From NCBI GenBank assembly GCA_963789265.1, contig CAWBKB010000005.1, positions 773,635-837,634 on the forward strand: DNA of 64,000 nucleotides, read 5' to 3'. Source of the DNA: an uncultured delta proteobacterium. Lineage in GTDB: Bacteria; Desulfobacterota; Desulfomonilia; Desulfomonilales; Desulfomonilaceae. Below the pieces are notes generated by a model. The model was not told where the DNA came from. It worked only from the letters and a program-made list of their open reading frames with translations, and made no database searches. The translations under genes were made by a program, and so were the position numbers. Positions 44,970 through 55,926 of this stretch are shown in pieces (the first letter of the stretch is position 1; the number at the start of each line of letters is the position of its first letter).

Positions 44970-46366
44970 TCGGAACCCTGTTCAAAAGGGTGAAAGATGT
45001 TCACTTCGTCGGCATCGGCGGAGTAGGTATGAGCGGCATTGCCGAGATCCTCCTGGCGCTTGGTTTTGGCGTCAGCGGATCCGACCTGCGCAGCTCGGCT
45101 GCGACCGACAGATTGCGGGATCTCGGCGGGCGCATCTGGATAGGACATCACAAGGATCACTTGGAGAAGGCCGATGTAGTGGTCTTCTCTTCAGCAGTAT
45201 CGGAAGACAACCCTGAACTCCGTGCGGCTATTGAGCGGCGAATACCGGTAATTGCCCGGGCTGAGATGTTGGCCGAGCTGATGCGCATGCAAACCTCCAT
45301 AGCCGTTGCCGGAATGCATGGAAAGACTACTACCACATCCATGATTGCTTCTATCCTATCGACTGCGGGACTTGATCCCACAGTTGTAATAGGCGGAAAA
45401 CTCGACACTCTCGGCGGTGGAGCAAGACTAGGACAGGGAGACCTTTTGGTCGCGGAAGCGGATGAATCAGACCGGTCGTTCCTAAAGCTGTATCCTACAA
45501 TCGCACTTATTACCAACATCGACCTTGAGCATCTGGACTGTTACTCCTCTCTAGAAGAGATAAGGAGTACTTTTCTCGAATTTATCAACCGGATTCCGTT
45601 CTACGGTTATGCGATCGTATGTCTGGACGATCCGCAAGTCCAGAAAATTATCCCGGAGATAAAAAAGCGTTTCATAACTTACGGTCTCTCTTCGCAGGCG
45701 ATGATTCACGGCCGAAAGCCCAATTTCGACGGACAAGCCTCAACCTTCAGCGTCTACAGGGAAGACCGGTTGTTGGGGGAAATTCGCCTTCCAATGCCCG
45801 GCATACATAACGTCGTGGATGCGCTTGCAGCAGTGGCTGTAGCCGATATCTTCGATGTCCCTTTTGACCTCACCAGGGAAGCGCTGAATTCTTTCCCGGG
45901 AGTTCAACGTCGCTTCACTTTGAGAGGGCAAGCGGCCGGCGTCACAGTGATTGACGACTACGGCCATCATCCGGCGGAGATCCGGGCGGTACTCCAGGCT
46001 GCCAGGCAAATCGCCGGTCGGCGCATTGCCATCCTTTTCCAACCGCATCGTTACACAAGAACGAAAGCCCTATTTGAAAGCTTCCTAACTTGTTTCCACG
46101 ATGCAGACCTGCTTTACATTATGGATATATACCCAGCAAGCGAACAGCCTATCGAAGGGGTGTCCGGATGGGCCTTGAGTGAGGGGATACGGAGCCGAGG
46201 TCACAAAACCGTCCGGTTTCTCGCGAATAGAGAGGCCATCCCGGCAGAGGTGGCCCACGATCTGGAACCTGGAGACATGTTGATAACCCTCGGCGCCGGC
46301 GATGTAACGCATATCGGACCTCACATCCTCGAGGAGTTGCGGAAAAGGGAGGCTCGGGAAGCATGA
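44966..46366 (+). CDS. murC: UDP-MurNAc--L-alanine ligase
   Basis: HFVGIGGVGMSG, HGKTTTT, EADESD, DDYGHHP, FQPHRYTRT. Confidence 0.97.
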   Translation: MIGTLFKRVKDVHFVGIGGVGMSGIAEILLALGFGVSGSDLRSSAATDRLRDLGGRIWIGHHKDHLEKADVVVFSSAVSEDNPELRAAIERRIPVIARAEMLAELMRMQTSIAVAGMHGKTTTTSMIASILSTAGLDPTVVIGGKLDTLGGGARLGQGDLLVAEADESDRSFLKLYPTIALITNIDLEHLDCYSSLEEIRSTFLEFINRIPFYGYAIVCLDDPQVQKIIPEIKKRFITYGLSSQAMIHGRKPNFDGQASTFSVYREDRLLGEIRLPMPGIHNVVDALAAVAVADIFDVPFDLTREALNSFPGVQRRFTLRGQAAGVTVIDDYGHHPAEIRAVLQAARQIAGRRIAILFQPHRYTRTKALFESFLTCFHDADLLYIMDIYPASEQPIEGVSGWALSEGIRSRGHKTVRFLANREAIPAEVAHDLEPGDMLITLGAGDVTHIGPHILEELRKREAREA

Positions 46367-47301
46367 CCTTGACCCAGCTTCAGATCCGGGACATCCACAA
46401 CCTTTTGAGCGGGCGCATCCTCACTCACGAACCGTTAAGCCGGTTCACGTCTTTCAGAATCGGCGGGCCGGCCGATTTGGTAGCCGAGCCCAAAAATGTT
46501 CCGGAATTGGCTGCGCTGCTCCGACATCTGCAAGTCGAGAGAATCCCCGGTATTCTGCTCGGAGCCGGTACAAACGTACTTTTTCATGAAGCAGGATTCC
46601 GTGGGGTGGTGGTCCGGACGACTTCCCTAAGCGGGTTTGAGATAATCGAGAACGGCTCCGGCCATGCCCTGATCACCTTAGGTGCCGGCGTTCCCCTACC
46701 CATGGTTATTAAAAGGACCTGTGAGGTTGGCTGGACCGGTCTTGAGCCTCTTTGGGGAATTCCAGGCTCCTTCGGAGGGTCCGTGATTACCAATGCCGGT
46801 GCAGGTGGCGCTTGCATTGGGCCTTTTCTGAGAAGGCTCACGCTTTTGACCAAAGAGGGCGAAGAAATTGTCCTGGAGCAACATCAGTTAGACTATGCTT
46901 ATCGATCAATGAAAATCCCGCACGGATCGGTCGTGGTGGAAGGCGAGCTCCGACTCGCGAGAGGGGATCGAAGATCAATTGAGGCCGGCCTTGAAAAAGC
47001 ACGATCGAGTCGAGGCGGCCGGCAGCCTTCGGATAAGCGCAGCGCGGGGTGCGTGTTCAAGAATCCGAGCCCGGGCAACCCCGCGGGAGCCCTCATCGAA
47101 AAACTCGGGTTTAAAGGTATGGCGGTTGGGGACGCTCAAGTCTCTGAAGTTCACGCAAATTTTATCATCAATCGCGGGCAGGCCACCGCAGAGGACGTCC
47201 TGGAATTGATCCGAAGGATCACAGTGCGCGCTAAAGCAGAGGAAAATATCGACCTGGAACTGGAAATTTGCGTCATAGGAGAGGAAGAGGTCGATGACTG
47301 A
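46363..47301 (+). CDS. murB: UDP-N-acetylenolpyruvoylglucosamine reductase
   Basis: FRIGGPA, GIPGSFGG, NAGA, YRS, SAGCVFKNP, HANFIIN. Confidence 0.95.
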   Translation: MTLTQLQIRDIHNLLSGRILTHEPLSRFTSFRIGGPADLVAEPKNVPELAALLRHLQVERIPGILLGAGTNVLFHEAGFRGVVVRTTSLSGFEIIENGSGHALITLGAGVPLPMVIKRTCEVGWTGLEPLWGIPGSFGGSVITNAGAGGACIGPFLRRLTLLTKEGEEIVLEQHQLDYAYRSMKIPHGSVVVEGELRLARGDRRSIEAGLEKARSSRGGRQPSDKRSAGCVFKNPSPGNPAGALIEKLGFKGMAVGDAQVSEVHANFIINRGQATAEDVLELIRRITVRAKAEENIDLELEICVIGEEEVDD

Positions 47302-48133
47302 TAAGAGGCGTCTCCTCATTGTCGACAGAAAACCTCTGCGAGCCAACCTTGTGGATCCAGTCGGGAAACGCAAGCGAAACCGGGCCTTCCTCAAATCACT
47401 GCTCATGGCGACCATTAGCGCTGATGCCGTTCTCGCCCTAATTCTTCTCTACATGTTGTTTCTGCACATGCCCTACTTCAAGCTTCGAGAAGTGGATGTC
47501 ACCGGAAATCGACGCCTGTCCAGGGCCGAAGTGATCGAAGCGGCGGAAATTGAGGAAGGGATAAACCTTTTGACTGTTGACCTGAACGGAATCGCCGCGA
47601 GACTGAGAAGGCACCCGTGGATCAGATTCGCTACTGTATATCGAAAGTTTCCAGGTAAACTTGTTCTGGAGATCGAGGAAAGGACCCCCCGGGCAATATT
47701 GGCAGCGGGAAAACTTTATTATGTTGACGAACAAGCGGAGTTCTTTACGAGACTCTTGCCGGGTGATTCGGTCAATTTTCCCCTTTTTACCGGTGTAACT
47801 CCCGAAGAGTTGAAGACAAACGGCTCGGAAATCCAAGAGATGATCAGGATGGGGTTCGGGGTCCTGGACCTCATTGAGCGCACCGGCTCGGAACCCGATT
47901 CTTCGGGCATTGCAGAGATTCAGGTGAACCTGAACGATGGGTTGAGCCTTCACACAAGAGCCGGTCGGGTGCTCGTTCTTGGGAAAGGTGACTTCGAGCT
48001 CAAAATTCAAAGATACGAGCGACTGAAAAGATTCTTGACCCGACGAGGAGAATGGAATAACGCCCGTATCATTAATCTCGACTTCGAGGATCGTGCGCTG
48101 GTCCGGTCGGGCAAGACACGTCTCCAGGGGTGA
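47294..48133 (+). CDS. ftsQ: Cell division protein FtsQ/DivIB
   Basis: TM then POTRA (VTGN, HPWI, RKFPG, IEERTP); directly before ftsA. Confidence 0.88.
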   Translation: MTDKRRLLIVDRKPLRANLVDPVGKRKRNRAFLKSLLMATISADAVLALILLYMLFLHMPYFKLREVDVTGNRRLSRAEVIEAAEIEEGINLLTVDLNGIAARLRRHPWIRFATVYRKFPGKLVLEIEERTPRAILAAGKLYYVDEQAEFFTRLLPGDSVNFPLFTGVTPEELKTNGSEIQEMIRMGFGVLDLIERTGSEPDSSGIAEIQVNLNDGLSLHTRAGRVLVLGKGDFELKIQRYERLKRFLTRRGEWNNARIINLDFEDRALVRSGKTRLQG

Positions 48134-49371
48134 AAAATATGTCACGAAGCGAGAACATCGTTGTCGGCCTTGATGTAGGCACAACGAAAATATGCGCCAT
48201 CATTGGTGAGCTAAATCCGGATGGCATGGTAGACATTATCGGCGTTGGGAGTTCCCCATCACGGGGTTTACGCAGGGGGGTAGTTGTCAACATCGACCAC
48301 ACTGTCTCTTCCATTCGCAAGGCGGTTGAAGACGCGGAGTTAATGGCGGGCTGCAGAGTCGAGACTGTTTACGCCGGCATTTCCGGAGGCCATATAAAGG
48401 GGATCAATTCACACGGTGTGATAGCAATCAAGAACCGTGAAGTGACTTTGGTGGAGGTAGCGAGGGTCATTGATGCAGCTCGTGCCGTGGCCATTCCCCT
48501 GGATCGCGAAGTGATCCACATTCTTCCACAAGAATTCATGGTGGACGATCAGGAAGGAATCAAGGAACCCATCGGAATGGCTGGGGTTCGCCTCGAGGCC
48601 AAGGTTCACATTATAACGGGAGCAGTTTCGGCAGCTCAGAATATTGAGCGATGCGCGCACAGAAGCGGTCTGAGAGTAAACGACTTGGTCCTTCAGCAAA
48701 TGGCTTCTGCAGAGGCCGTACTCTCAGCGGACGAGAAGGAACTCGGTGTGGCGCTTGTGGACATTGGCGGCGGGACCACAGACATCGCGGTGTTCTCGGA
48801 CGGGGCCATCCAGCATACGTCGGTCATCAGCGTAGGCGGCGATCAGTTGACTAATGACATAGCCGTCGGGCTGAGGACTCCTATGACAGAAGCTGAAAGG
48901 ATAAAGAGAAGATACGGCTGCGCGCTAGGGTCTTTGGTGGACAAAGATGAGACAATTGCCGTGCCCGGAGTCGGCGGGCGTCAACCGCGAATCCTATCGA
49001 GAGCCGTGTTGGCCGATATTACGGAACCGCGGCTCGAAGAGATACTGGGACTAGTTCGCCGGGAGTTGGAAAAGCACAACCTATTGCAAATGGTGGCCTC
49101 AGGCATGGTCCTTACCGGCGGAACCGTTGCAGTAGAAGGGATATGCGAGCTTGCCGAACAACTTTTCGACATGCCGGTTCGACTGGGCTATCCCATTGGG
49201 ATCAGCGGACTTGTGGATGTTGTCAACTCTCCCATTTATGCAACGGGGGTGGGCCTGGTTCTTTGGGGAGCCCGCAACAAGAGTGAGGATTTCGTGGCGC
49301 CATATCATGGCGGCGGGCCTTTGGACCGCATGATGGGGCGAATGAAGCAGTGGTTTGCAGAAGCGTTTTGA
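48130..49371 (+). CDS. ftsA: Cell division protein FtsA
   Basis: GLDVGTTK, DIGGGTT, VLTGG, YATGVGL, amphipathic C-terminus. Confidence 0.97.
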   Translation: MKNMSRSENIVVGLDVGTTKICAIIGELNPDGMVDIIGVGSSPSRGLRRGVVVNIDHTVSSIRKAVEDAELMAGCRVETVYAGISGGHIKGINSHGVIAIKNREVTLVEVARVIDAARAVAIPLDREVIHILPQEFMVDDQEGIKEPIGMAGVRLEAKVHIITGAVSAAQNIERCAHRSGLRVNDLVLQQMASAEAVLSADEKELGVALVDIGGGTTDIAVFSDGAIQHTSVISVGGDQLTNDIAVGLRTPMTEAERIKRRYGCALGSLVDKDETIAVPGVGGRQPRILSRAVLADITEPRLEEILGLVRRELEKHNLLQMVASGMVLTGGTVAVEGICELAEQLFDMPVRLGYPIGISGLVDVVNSPIYATGVGLVLWGARNKSEDFVAPYHGGGPLDRMMGRMKQWFAEAF

Positions 49372-49589
49372 CGCATTCTCGATGCACTGCGAAATGTTGA
49401 AAGATCTGGCTCAATGTTTACAAGTTCAAAGGAGCGCATGTTTTTGATCGCTAACTGGCCGAGGATGGATGTATGCATTTCATGGCGGCTGGAGTGAGCG
49501 TTTTTTCATAAGATTATGCCGCAGCGTTGGAGAGGGCTTCGGGAAGGTTTGCAAGGGCAAAGATTTTCAATTTTGAGGAGGTGCCGGCT

Positions 49590-50804
49590 ATGCTGGACTT
49601 TGAAGTGGAGTCTGATCGTAATGCCTTGATACGCGTCGTAGGAGTGGGCGGCGGTGGTAGCAACGCGATAAACAACATGATCAGGTCAGGGCTCAAAGGA
49701 GTCGAATTCTTAGTAGCAAATACGGATGCTCAGTCGCTTCAGCACAGTCTTGCGGAAATTAAATTGCAGATCGGCGGACAGCAAACCAGAGGCCTGGGCG
49801 CAGGTGCAGATCCCGAAATCGGCAGGTTGGCCGCCAACGAAGACTACGACAACATAAGGGATGCCCTGGAAAATTCCGATATGGTGTTCATTACAGCGGG
49901 TTTGGGGGGAGGAACCGGGACCGGCGCCGCGCCCATTGTTGCCCGTATAGCTCGGCAAGAAGTGAGGGCCCTGACTGTAGCAGTCGTTACCAAGCCCTTT
50001 CTTTTCGAAGGGAAGCGAAGAATGCGGCAGGCGGAGGAAGGGATCGAACTGTTGGGACGAGAAGTTGATACCCTTATTATAGTCCCGAACCAGCGACTAC
50101 TTTCTCTCAAGAAGGACATTTCGTTTCTGGACGCCTTCCGTAAGGCTGACGACGTTCTACTTCAGGGGGTACGTGGAATATCAGATCTGGTGACCGTCAA
50201 TGGCCTTATCAACCTTGATTTCGCGGACGTGAAGACCATCATGTGTGAAAAAGGGGTAGCGCTCCTCGGTACAGGTTCGGCCATCGGAGAGAGTCGTGTC
50301 GAGGAAGCCGCACGAATGGCAATTAACAGCCCCCTCCTCGAGGATGTATCTATGGCCGGCGCAAGAGGGGTTCTGATCAACATTACCGGCTCGTCTTCCC
50401 TGGGATTGGCTGAAGTCAACGACGCAGTCTCCATAATCCAAAATGAGGCACACGACGAGGCGAACATCATTTTCGGCGCTGTTATTGACGAGGAGATGGG
50501 AGAGGCTGTCAATGTGACGGTCATAGCTACCGGGTTCGCAAGAACTGAAAGCTTTTCGTACCCGAGGAACGAGCAGCATCCATTAAACCGTCCCGTGCCC
50601 GCTCTCAAAGACCAGAATGTTGGCGAAAGAACTGTCGCAAGGACGGTCGTACCACCTGAACCTCGCGACACGAACTTGCCGGCGTTCATCCGAAAGAGCC
50701 AAAGGGAGAAGAATTGCCGACACCTCGGTTTGGTGGACAACTATCCTGTGGAGACCGAGGAAGATCTGGACATTCCAACATTTTTACGGAAGCAGGCAGA
50801 ATAG
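49590..50804 (+). CDS. ftsZ: Cell division protein FtsZ
   Basis: GVGGGGSNA, GLGAGADP, GGGTGTG, NLDFAD, C-terminal LDIPTFLR; GAGGAGG RBS before ATG 49590. Confidence 0.98.
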   Translation: MLDFEVESDRNALIRVVGVGGGGSNAINNMIRSGLKGVEFLVANTDAQSLQHSLAEIKLQIGGQQTRGLGAGADPEIGRLAANEDYDNIRDALENSDMVFITAGLGGGTGTGAAPIVARIARQEVRALTVAVVTKPFLFEGKRRMRQAEEGIELLGREVDTLIIVPNQRLLSLKKDISFLDAFRKADDVLLQGVRGISDLVTVNGLINLDFADVKTIMCEKGVALLGTGSAIGESRVEEAARMAINSPLLEDVSMAGARGVLINITGSSSLGLAEVNDAVSIIQNEAHDEANIIFGAVIDEEMGEAVNVTVIATGFARTESFSYPRNEQHPLNRPVPALKDQNVGERTVARTVVPPEPRDTNLPAFIRKSQREKNCRHLGLVDNYPVETEEDLDIPTFLRKQAE

Positions 50805-51014
50805 AGAACTCCTACAATGGTCTGTAAGGCAGATAGCATCGGTGATCGCCGTTCGGGGTCGGTCTCCGGCGGACGGTCAACTGGTGCCGTTCATAGCATA
50901 AACTATCCGATTCGTACGGCGTCCGCCGATATGACGGAGTGCTGCGGCCTAAAAGCGTATTATTGTAAAGGGAGCTATCGCATCTCTCGAGCGAATCGTT
51001 AAGGGGCCTGAGGC

Positions 51015-52707
51015 ATGACTAGGCCCGGCGAAAGTGGAGCGATTCGCAAAGCTTGGGGATCCGCCATCCCGGTGGCACTGGTTTATCCGAACGACTATCA
51101 AGTCGGCATGGGAAACCTTGGATTTCAATTTCTCTACAACTACCTTAACGCGCATCCTCGCTTTTCGGCAGAGCGTTTCTTTTTTCTTCATCCCCGGCGG
51201 TCCAGGGAAGACGGCAGACGCGGACCATTGTCCGAAGAATCGGGCCGAACACTCGGAGAGTTTCCCCTCATCGCCTTCAGCATTCCTTTCGAAAACGATT
51301 ACCCGGCAGTTCCGGCGGCGCTTCTTTCCGCTGGTATCCCTCCGTTCGCAAAAGACAGAAGGGTATCGGACCCCCTCATAATTGCCGGCGGCGTGTCGGT
51401 CTCTATCAATCCTGAACCGCTGGCGTCTTTTTTGGATCTGGTATTTATCGGTGAGATTCAAGACCGGGAGCACGACAGCTTTTTTCCGCAGTTGGCGGAG
51501 GTATTATCCCGCTCAGCACGGGCCCTATCTGATCGGCAAGAGATACTGGACCAATTCAGGGACATCCCCGGAGCTTATGTGCCGTCCGCATACCGCTTCG
51601 ACTTTGGGGAGGACGGTCTTATCCGGGACATTCGTGTAAGGAACGGTTTTCCCGATAGAGTTGCCGCTGTCAAACGACGTTCAAAGCAAGGCCGAGTTCC
51701 GGTCTCCGTACTCTTCTCACCTGAAGCTGAATTCGGCGACAGCCTATTGGTGGAAACCAACCGCGGTTGCGGCAGAGGGTGCAGGTTTCTGTGCTGGAGG
51801 CTGGGTACATTTCCCAGTGCGCCATGCGACGTTGCAACGTTTTCAGCGAGAGGTGGATCGGGCCATCAAGGACGGAAGAACTATAGGATTAATCGGATCC
51901 GACCTTGCCGGGCATCCGGAACTGGAGGACCTGCTTGCTCACATTTTAGATAGAGGAGGCAAGTTCTCCCTTTCTTCTATCAGACCGGAAGGACTCACTC
52001 CCCGCGTCATAGAGCTTTTAGCTCGGACACGCCAAAAAACAGCCACTCTTGCCCCGGAGGTAGCTTCACCTCGCTTGAAAAAAGTCATTGGAAAAGAGAT
52101 TCCTTCCGAGCGGTTCTACGAACTTGTCGAGAGAATGGTATCCGCCGGGATTCCGAATCTGCGTTTCTATTTCATGATTGGACTGCCCACGGAGACTGAT
52201 GACGATATCCGCGCTCTTGTGGATTTTGTCCTTACGAGCAGAAGAATATTTGTGGATGCCTCGAGACCGCTGGGAAAAATCGGAAGAATTGGGGTTCAAG
52301 TGAATCCGTTTGTCCCCAAACCCTGGACACCTTTCCAGTGGGCTCCTATGACGCAGTCTCAAATTCTTCGGAATCGAGTCAAAATAATTCAGGAGAGGTT
52401 GAGAAAAGAGCCGAATCTAACAGTGCGCTTCGAATCGATACGGCACGCGACGATTCAATGTATGCTGTCCCGCGGTGATAGGCGTGTCGGAATTGCCTTG
52501 AACCAAATTGCGACAGGGACGAGTAGCCTGCAGGGCGCGTTGACAAGCGAACACATCGACCGCGACTTCTACTTGTACCGGGAAAGATCTTCCGATGAGA
52601 TTTTTCCATGGGATGTAACGGATCACGGTGTCGAAAAGCATCTGCTTTGGCGGATATTTGTGACATCAATTTCAGAGGCAAGTCCTGTCCTCAAAAAAAA
52701 TGGCTGA
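51015..52707 (+). CDS. Radical SAM protein (frameshift near 51786)
   Basis: YPNDYQVGMGNLG; RGCGRGCRFC restored by removing one T; YFMIGLPTET; FVPKPWTPFQW. Confidence 0.88.
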
Positions 52708-53491
52708 AGTCGAGGAATCGGACCATAGCCTCTTGGCCGACAAAGACGTAGAGAACCGCGGCGGCCGTGAGAAACGGCCCAAAAGGAATGGGAGTGGACG
52801 AAGCCGTTCGCTTGAACGCTATTCCCGCAAGTGCCGTTAAAGAGCCGATAAATGAGGCGAAGAAAAGGACAAAGATGACCCCGTACGGGCCGACGAAAGT
52901 ACCGATCATAGCCAGGAGCTTGATATCTCCTCCTCCAAGCCCTTCTACGCCGCGGATTTTCTCGTACATCACCGCGGGAATATAAAGAATCAAGGCCCCA
53001 AGGATAAGGCCGATAAACGAGTCCTGCCAAGCAACACCCGGCACCAAGCCTCCCGTGGCAGCCGCGAGCCCGATGACTGTCCCGTTCAGAGAAATGGCAT
53101 CCGGAATGATCATGTGGTCCAGGTCGATCCAAAAAACTGCAACCATCGCTGCAATGAACACAAAGAACACTGCGAAAGCGGGTGACAAACCATATTTCCA
53201 GTACAGCGTTAGTGACAGTAAAGCGAATAGAAACTCAATAAGCGGGTAACGAAACGAGATTCTTTTTCCGCAGTCCCTACACCTTCCTAACAGAATACAA
53301 TAGCTGAGGATTGGGATATTGTCATACCATCGGATTGCATGGCGGCATTCCGGGCAATGGGACGGCGGATGCACAATCGACTCGTTCACAGGCACTCGAG
53401 CGATGACAACATTAAGAAAACTCCCGACTATTGCTCCTAGCCAGAAGCATCCTACTGCCCAAAGAAGGCTTTCACGTAGTTCCATCACCAA
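52691..53491 (-). CDS. pilD: Prepilin peptidase (A24)
   Basis: GSFLNVVI, CPEC/CRDC, WYDNIP, IDLD, GGGDIKL, IPFGPFL. Confidence 0.95.
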   Translation of the reverse strand: MVMELRESLLWAVGCFWLGAIVGSFLNVVIARVPVNESIVHPPSHCPECRHAIRWYDNIPILSYCILLGRCRDCGKRISFRYPLIEFLFALLSLTLYWKYGLSPAFAVFFVFIAAMVAVFWIDLDHMIIPDAISLNGTVIGLAAATGGLVPGVAWQDSFIGLILGALILYIPAVMYEKIRGVEGLGGGDIKLLAMIGTFVGPYGVIFVLFFASFIGSLTALAGIAFKRTASSTPIPFGPFLTAAAVLYVFVGQEAMVRFLDFSHFF

Positions 53492-53526
53492 CTATTCCCT
53501 CGTGGCAGTGCATGGATAACTTTCCA

Positions 53527-55145
53527 TTAACCTTTCTTCAAGCGACCATACCGAAGCCTTCGAACACCCCTTGGGACTGAAATTTCCGCGAGCGCTACCT
53601 TGCATCCAAATTCTTTTACAATTGCCCTGGCTTCCGCCTGAGTGGGGATAATGACGACCATTTCCTCAAAGACGGCATCTGTGAGCAGCAGGTCTCCGCT
53701 TATTCGCCACTCTCGCTCTATCGTCCAAGTGTCTGACGAACTGCGTCGGACTTGAAACAGATACTTCAAATCTGTATGGAGAGCTTCAAAATCTTCCTTT
53801 GTCCCATATATCACCGGTCTCGTTCCAAAGTCAGCCAAGGACCGCTGAGGAAACGCTATGCCGTAGGGCTCGAAAGACCATCGGCCGAGTCCTTTCCTCC
53901 ATTTGATGAGTGTGTCAATCTGTGTCGGTAGGCACGGGGTAAAAGACACAACGCAGCATGATCCTCGTGTCAGCCTGGCGCTGGCCCTGATCACACGCTC
54001 CTCCAGGATGCGAATCAGAGTGTTGAACGCGGTGTGACAAGCACCTGGATGGCCGTCGATCAGCGACTGACAGTACTCGGCAACTGTTTGTCCGGGCCAA
54101 GGACCTGGACACGAACGAGTATAGTGAATCAACCAAGGCGATTCTCTCCCGAGTCCGTGAAGGTCAACCGGTTGAAATTGAATCTGCTCAGACTTGGTGC
54201 CGGCCGATGGCAAAGAGTGACGGTCAGGTCGCGACATCTTTCCGGATGGATTCTCCATAGCCCCCGGAACCCGAGGACCGGACTCAACCTCTTCCCTTCT
54301 CATCGAAGGCGAATTTTCAAACGAACAGGGTGGATAACCGACAATTTTGACCTTCCCCTTGGATGCAATTTCGAGGACTTGTTGCATGTTTCCGCCCCGC
54401 GGACTTCGGCGACTAAAATGACAGAGGCCAACGCGGCCACCAGATGGTCTCTTTCAACAGATCTGACATCCGAGCTTGGTCGTGCCCCAGGGAGGAAGGG
54501 CGAAATGAACAGAGCGCGGTTTAGGTCGAAGAGGTCCCTGTAGGCAGCCCGGAATTCGAAAGCGGTCTTATCGGATGCCATAAAAGGAAGGACGTCCTCG
54601 CACACGACTATCATGGGCTTCCCTTGCGACAATTTGCTTACGGTACAATAGGGAATGTTTCCATAGCTTGATACGATCGCGAAGCCTTCTTGGATGGCAA
54701 AATGAACCAACCGTTTTGTTTCCTGCAACCATCTATCGGAGGGGTTGACCCGTCGAGGCTTCCTGGAATTCAAGATCGCAGCAGCCGGCAACCGTAATAT
54801 GGATTGGTCTCCATGGGCGAAGAAGACGGATGGCAAGTTAGACATCCAGGCCCCGGGGATTTTCAAATTTTCACGAGCGAGAACAAAAACCTGATCACGA
54901 AGCCAGTGAACGGCCCTGTTAGCGGCTGCACGGAGTGTAGCCCCTCGAGGGTGTCGGTCGGTTCCCGGCGACAGCCCGACTTCCTGGAATGCTATGCTCA
55001 AAACCCTTACCGCTTCATCAAGGGAATAGATGTCGGACGGAGGAATCCTGGACAGAATTGAAGAACGAACACGATGATTCAGATCCTTTCGTGTGGAAAG
55101 GAGAGCAGCAGCGAACAGGTACCCTGGGACACACTCTGGAGTCAC
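53527..55145 (-). CDS. DprA/SLOG-like domain fused to an AbiGi/ART-like domain (~539 aa; frameshift near 54395)
   Basis: DprA-like LPSVFFAHGD...AAILNSRK, GFAIVSS, ISPFLPG, RDHLVAALASVILVAE; C-terminal IHYTR, VVSFT, EPYGI, RPVIYG, EREWR. Confidence 0.6.
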
Positions 55146-55501
55146 CTCTGAGAACTCGCCGGACGGGTGTCGGGCCCTCCGGTTTCACGGTCAGTATGAT
55201 CGAGGCAGCCGCACTCGAGTTTCGTAAACCTCATTGACTAATCCATATCATGTACTTGAACGGTTTATGACAATCGGAATACTAATGCCGGCCACCGGTT
55301 CAACTTTCTACTGGAACGTCGTCCTTTTTCGAGCCGCGCTTGAAATTAATGAGGTTCTTCTTCCTGAAGTAAAGAAAAGAGTTGGAGGCCGGGCCTACCA
55401 GAAGCTCGACGCCTTTCCGTCTACGCTTGATGGCGGCTATCCTCATTGTCATTCTAAACCTCGGGCTGGTATGTCGCACCTTACAATCTCATCGCCACAG
55501 G

Positions 55502-55849
55502 TCAATCCGGCCCGAAAAATCGCTCAACGTCCTCTTCCGAAACGTAAACCGACCCGTCGGAATCAGTGTACAGATCTATTTTCTCCGAAATATTGTATTT
55601 CCCGTCCGACACCACCACCACACGGCCTTTGGATTTATGAAGCGCGTCCAGCTCCTCTTGGGTCGCTTTCCATGGAATCTCATCCTGGTCGAGAACATAG
55701 TTTCCATTCCAATGCGTGTTGTACGAAGTGCTTGTCTTCTTAAAAAGATCTTTTATGGTATGCCACTCCTCTGATTCTACAACAGGAAGAAGATCTTCTT
55801 GAGAGCGAACGGGGATGACAAGGAGCAATTTCTTGATTGGCGTTTTCAA
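55502..55849 (-). CDS. Hypothetical protein
   Basis: 115-aa ORF with TTG start and AGGAG RBS, co-oriented with rodZ. Confidence 0.55.
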   Translation of the reverse strand: MKTPIKKLLLVIPVRSQEDLLPVVESEEWHTIKDLFKKTSTSYNTHWNGNYVLDQDEIPWKATQEELDALHKSKGRVVVVSDGKYNISEKIDLYTDSDGSVYVSEEDVERFFGPD

Positions 55850-55926
55850 TCCAAACTCCTAAACAAAGTTTCAAGCTTATTCCTGCCGACATCGCAATTC
55901 TTCGCCGTTCTCCGGCTTCAAACGCT

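Noticed and set aside
47438..48184. Long antisense or alternative-frame ORFs (e.g. 47438..48184, 43677..44249, 50162..50740)
   Set aside because: They overlap well-supported genes and show no motifs; shadow ORFs.
163..52707. Calling the broken housekeeping genes pseudogenes
   Set aside because: Catalytic motifs are largely intact, single-base fixes restore the frames, and several of the genes are essential.
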